IMG/VR virus record: IMGVR_UViG_3300047476_000806
Origin: a virus
Taxonomy: Duplodnaviria; Heunggongvirae; Uroviricota; Caudoviricetes
Direction: 5' to 3' (one strand)
Length of the DNA: 27,891 nt
Both the position numbers and the translations under genes were made by a program. Of this stretch, positions 25,231 through 27,891 are shown one piece after another. Position 1 is the first letter of the stretch; each line of letters opens with the position of its first letter. The notes beneath the pieces were generated by a model. It searched no databases, was not told where the DNA came from, and saw nothing but the letters and a program-made list of their open reading frames with translations.

Positions 25231-25461
25231 CTATTTTTCTTTTACTAATAAATTTTTTAATAATTCTTTTATTTCTGATAAATCAGCATTCAAACTTTGA
25301 ATATCTTGTTTAATACTATTTATCTCATGTGATTTAGAATTAAGATTGTTAGCCAATCTTTTTCTAGCTTCATTTTGCTCTATTGCTGTTTTATTTACAG
25401 TCAATAGAGCATTTGTAGAAGTATCTTTAACGTATGGTGTACCTTCAACTGGAATCAACAT
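25231..25461 (-). CDS. Small conserved T4-like phage protein (76 aa, C-terminal coiled coil)
   Basis: MLIPVEGTPYVKDTSTNALLTVN...IKQDIQSLNADLSEIKELLKNLL. Start moved to 25461, 1 nt after the upstream stop. Confidence 0.75.
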   Translation of the reverse strand: MLIPVEGTPYVKDTSTNALLTVNKTAIEQNEARKRLANNLNSKSHEINSIKQDIQSLNADLSEIKELLKNLLVKEK

Positions 25462-25462
25462 A

Positions 25463-27889
25463 TTATTCTGCCGGTAATGCAATGATACGCAAGTCTTTAA
25501 CTTTAGGCACAATTGCTGAGTCGTTAGAAACCATCAATATCTTAATTGCGAATGTTTTAAACGTATCATAAGTAACACCATCGTCTGAAGTATATGTTAC
25601 TTGATTTTCAGTTAATGAAGGACGATATTCATATTCACGATAGTCTGCATCAGTTTTTGATGGAGTTGTTGTTGGATTAGCACATACCATTTTTTGGTAT
25701 GGTCTATTTTTAAACTCAGTACCATCAGAAGCTGAAAGAATCTTGTAGAATACATGAACTTCAGAACTACCCATTTTGTTTGCTGATAAGAACACACGCA
25801 AATCGCCAGAATCAAAACCATCAGCTAGAGTGATTGGTTTAGTGATGTATCGAGCGTCACAAGGACCACCAGAACTATCAAATTCAGAATTCAATACGAT
25901 AGTTGCATTTGCACCTGTAGATGAGTTGATTGTGATTGAGTAGTCATCAAGGTAGTTAGAACCTCCAGAAACTACATTCACACCAACCACATTACCGTTA
26001 GCACCATCAACTACTAAGTAAACGTTTGCACCAGAACCAGTTTCTGAGTTCACAATAATAGTGTTTGCGTTTGAATAACCTGAACCTGATTCGATGATAT
26101 TAAAGTCTGAAGCTTCGATAATACCATCATCAACAAAGTTTTCCCAAGCATTCAAGTATAAACTCTCTAATGAAATCAATGGTGAAACGGCATCGTCAGT
26201 TGTCGCCATTTGAATTTGTACTGTGAAATCACCTTTAGCTAATAATTCTTTACGGCGATATCCAACAACATACAAATCATCATCACCAAATGAATATGTC
26301 AACTTAGGAATAAAGTCTCTGTATGCAGTTTCTTTTGCTGAATCAACAGGTTTAGAGATGAATGAGTAATTTGTTGACATCACAGTTTCGTTCATAGGAA
26401 CAATTGAAGTTTCTAATAAACGGAATTTGTCCATGTATTTCTTAGATGATTGTGCTGTGCTTTCTAAAGCAAAGGTACCAACATTTTTAGAGAATACGCA
26501 TCTATTCAATCTGAACATGATATCTTCGTTAATATATGGAGTATATTCCATAGTATTTTGAGATTTATACATTGTTCCCAAGTATGGTTGTGATGAAACA
26601 AATTGTCTACTTGTTGTAATCTTACCTTTTTCAGCAACCCATAATGACGTATCAGGAGTATCTGATAATACAACGAACGCATACAATCCAGGCTTCAAGA
26701 ATACTGGTGATGGGAACGTAAATTTAGTTGCTGTTGAAGCATTAACTAATGAAGGACTTTGAGAAACATTAATTTCACTAGGATACTTAACAACAACAGA
26801 TTCAGGATACCAGAAATCTGAAGAAGGAACTCCATTCACAGTAGGTCTAATTTGAACCATTACTGGAATGTTTTCATCATCTTTAGCTTTGAAGTATAAG
26901 TCAACACTTTCTAAGAACATTCCGTTTGGATAAACTGCTTCATCAACAAAGAATGTTTGTGCTAATGGGTCAACTCTCCAAGTACTTGTGATTCTAGAAG
27001 TTGAAACTGTTTTTTGTAGAATTGGTGAAGTCACTGAACCAACAAGCTGAGGACTAACATCAATATTATATACAGTGTTTACTAGATTTGTTTTATCAAC
27101 TTTCAATCCGTTTGCAACATATGTTTTCTCACTGAATGAAATAGCTTCAGTATCATATGTGTTGTTGAAAGATTCAGTTAATCTGAATTTTCTTTCGCCT
27201 GAACGGAATGTTGCTTTAGGTGGAATAAACACACCTGAAGCTTGACCTAGTTTATTTGTTCTAACATTACCTAAACTGTAAATCCAAGAACCACTTCTAT
27301 TAGCTAATGATGTATCTGTATTAACTGTAGCAACTTTAGTTGTAGTATTGTACGCAATAACAGTGAATTCATTACCAACACCACCATTTTCAGAAGATGA
27401 TTCGTAAATTAAAGTTAATGTGTTACCTGCAATATTTACGCTAGGAGCATCTGCCGCTAATGTAATTGTGTTTGCAGTAACACCTCTTGTAATACCTGAT
27501 TGGTGGTCAACTACTGAATTGATTGTGAAGTATTTACGTGAGTCGATACCATATACAAGTTTACCTGTTAAAGGTTTACCTGTGCCGTTTACGATACTTA
27601 CGTTAGCTGAACCATTTTCAGAATTTGTAACAGTTACCAAATCAAAACTTGAACCACCAGCATTGAAACTTGCTAAATTGGCTGCCAAGTCTGAAGATGT
27701 ATTTGCAATTAAACAATATTCAGTGTTTAGAAGAGTTGTGTTTGCGTTTAACGCAACTTTATTTGGTACAACAATGTACTTGTTAACATCAACATCATCA
27801 AAGAATGAATACATTCTTGTATTTGGACGCATTGAACTTGCGTTAAAGATGATTGGTTGTGGTTTCAAGTAAGGTTGAATCGCAATATC
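25463..27889 (-). CDS. Large virion structural protein (DUF4815-like), 5'-truncated by the window edge
   Basis: Frame is open to the edge (DIAIQPYLKPQPIIF). VDPLAQTFFVD...GMFLESVDLYFKAKD..PV.VQIRPT.NGVP, GSGY repeats and a C-terminal FAIKILMVS....VPKVKDLRIIALP. Confidence 0.85.
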   Translation of the reverse strand, partial: DIAIQPYLKPQPIIFNASSMRPNTRMYSFFDDVDVNKYIVVPNKVALNANTTLLNTEYCLIANTSSDLAANLASFNAGGSSFDLVTVTNSENGSANVSIVNGTGKPLTGKLVYGIDSRKYFTINSVVDHQSGITRGVTANTITLAADAPSVNIAGNTLTLIYESSSENGGVGNEFTVIAYNTTTKVATVNTDTSLANRSGSWIYSLGNVRTNKLGQASGVFIPPKATFRSGERKFRLTESFNNTYDTEAISFSEKTYVANGLKVDKTNLVNTVYNIDVSPQLVGSVTSPILQKTVSTSRITSTWRVDPLAQTFFVDEAVYPNGMFLESVDLYFKAKDDENIPVMVQIRPTVNGVPSSDFWYPESVVVKYPSEINVSQSPSLVNASTATKFTFPSPVFLKPGLYAFVVLSDTPDTSLWVAEKGKITTSRQFVSSQPYLGTMYKSQNTMEYTPYINEDIMFRLNRCVFSKNVGTFALESTAQSSKKYMDKFRLLETSIVPMNETVMSTNYSFISKPVDSAKETAYRDFIPKLTYSFGDDDLYVVGYRRKELLAKGDFTVQIQMATTDDAVSPLISLESLYLNAWENFVDDGIIEASDFNIIESGSGYSNANTIIVNSETGSGANVYLVVDGANGNVVGVNVVSGGSNYLDDYSITINSSTGANATIVLNSEFDSSGGPCDARYITKPITLADGFDSGDLRVFLSANKMGSSEVHVFYKILSASDGTEFKNRPYQKMVCANPTTTPSKTDADYREYEYRPSLTENQVTYTSDDGVTYDTFKTFAIKILMVSNDSAIVPKVKDLRIIALPAE

Positions 27890-27891
27890 AG

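Noticed and set aside
3310-25512. ORF-track start positions 4302, 11728, 14003 and 25512
   Set aside because: Downstream ATGs (4290, 11710, 13985, 25461) fit stop-start coupling, SD position or paralogous N-termini better.
9366-25821. Alternative-frame minus ORFs 9366-9551 and 25612-25821
   Set aside because: Fully nested in long structural genes, with no SD or recognisable features.
7045-27872. Plus-strand ORFs in the track (7045, 8300, 8663, 9026, 9674, 10701, 11857, 15959, 18933, 22619, 24596, 27420)
   Set aside because: All lie antisense to well-supported minus-strand genes, have no motifs, and are typical shadows of Ala/Thr/Asn-rich coding sequence.
1-27891. tRNA, rRNA, CRISPR array, integrase/transposase, introns, rho-independent terminators
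   Set aside because: Intergenic gaps are all under ~80 nt with no cloverleaf, spacer array or GC hairpin plus U-tract seen; all repeats are in-frame coding repeats.

Overview
27.9 kb of a large T4-like (myovirus-type) bacteriophage genome. All credible genes are on the minus strand, there are TATAAATA late-promoter motifs, and standard code 11 fits. In transcription order (right to left) the window has four parts. (1) 27889-23512: the 3' part of a very large virion structural protein (DUF4815-like), a small conserved protein, and a fibre with a C-terminal autocleaving chaperone. (2) 23515-14591: a 12-gene, tightly coupled cluster of four radical SAM enzymes with SPASM-type Cys motifs, three 2OG-Fe(II) oxygenases, one JmjC/cupin hydroxylase, three orphan proteins and a 189-aa protein ending in CHASCHSNCHGSRGRR. 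This looks like a phage-encoded RiPP-like or protein-modification system inserted into the late tail operon and is the most interesting element. (3) 14553-7702: an array of tail-fibre/receptor-binding genes with Ala/Asn heptad repeats, Mtd_N-like heads and recurrent C-terminal GGxF or DLG motifs. (4) 7562-1: an AT-rich glycan-tailoring island with four glycosyltransferase-like genes, an SGNH-like protein, a carbamoyltransferase, two sulfotransferases, an APS-kinase-like protein and the start of an NAD-dependent epimerase, plus an unannotated 31-aa ORF. Family calls come from recognised motifs, not database searches.
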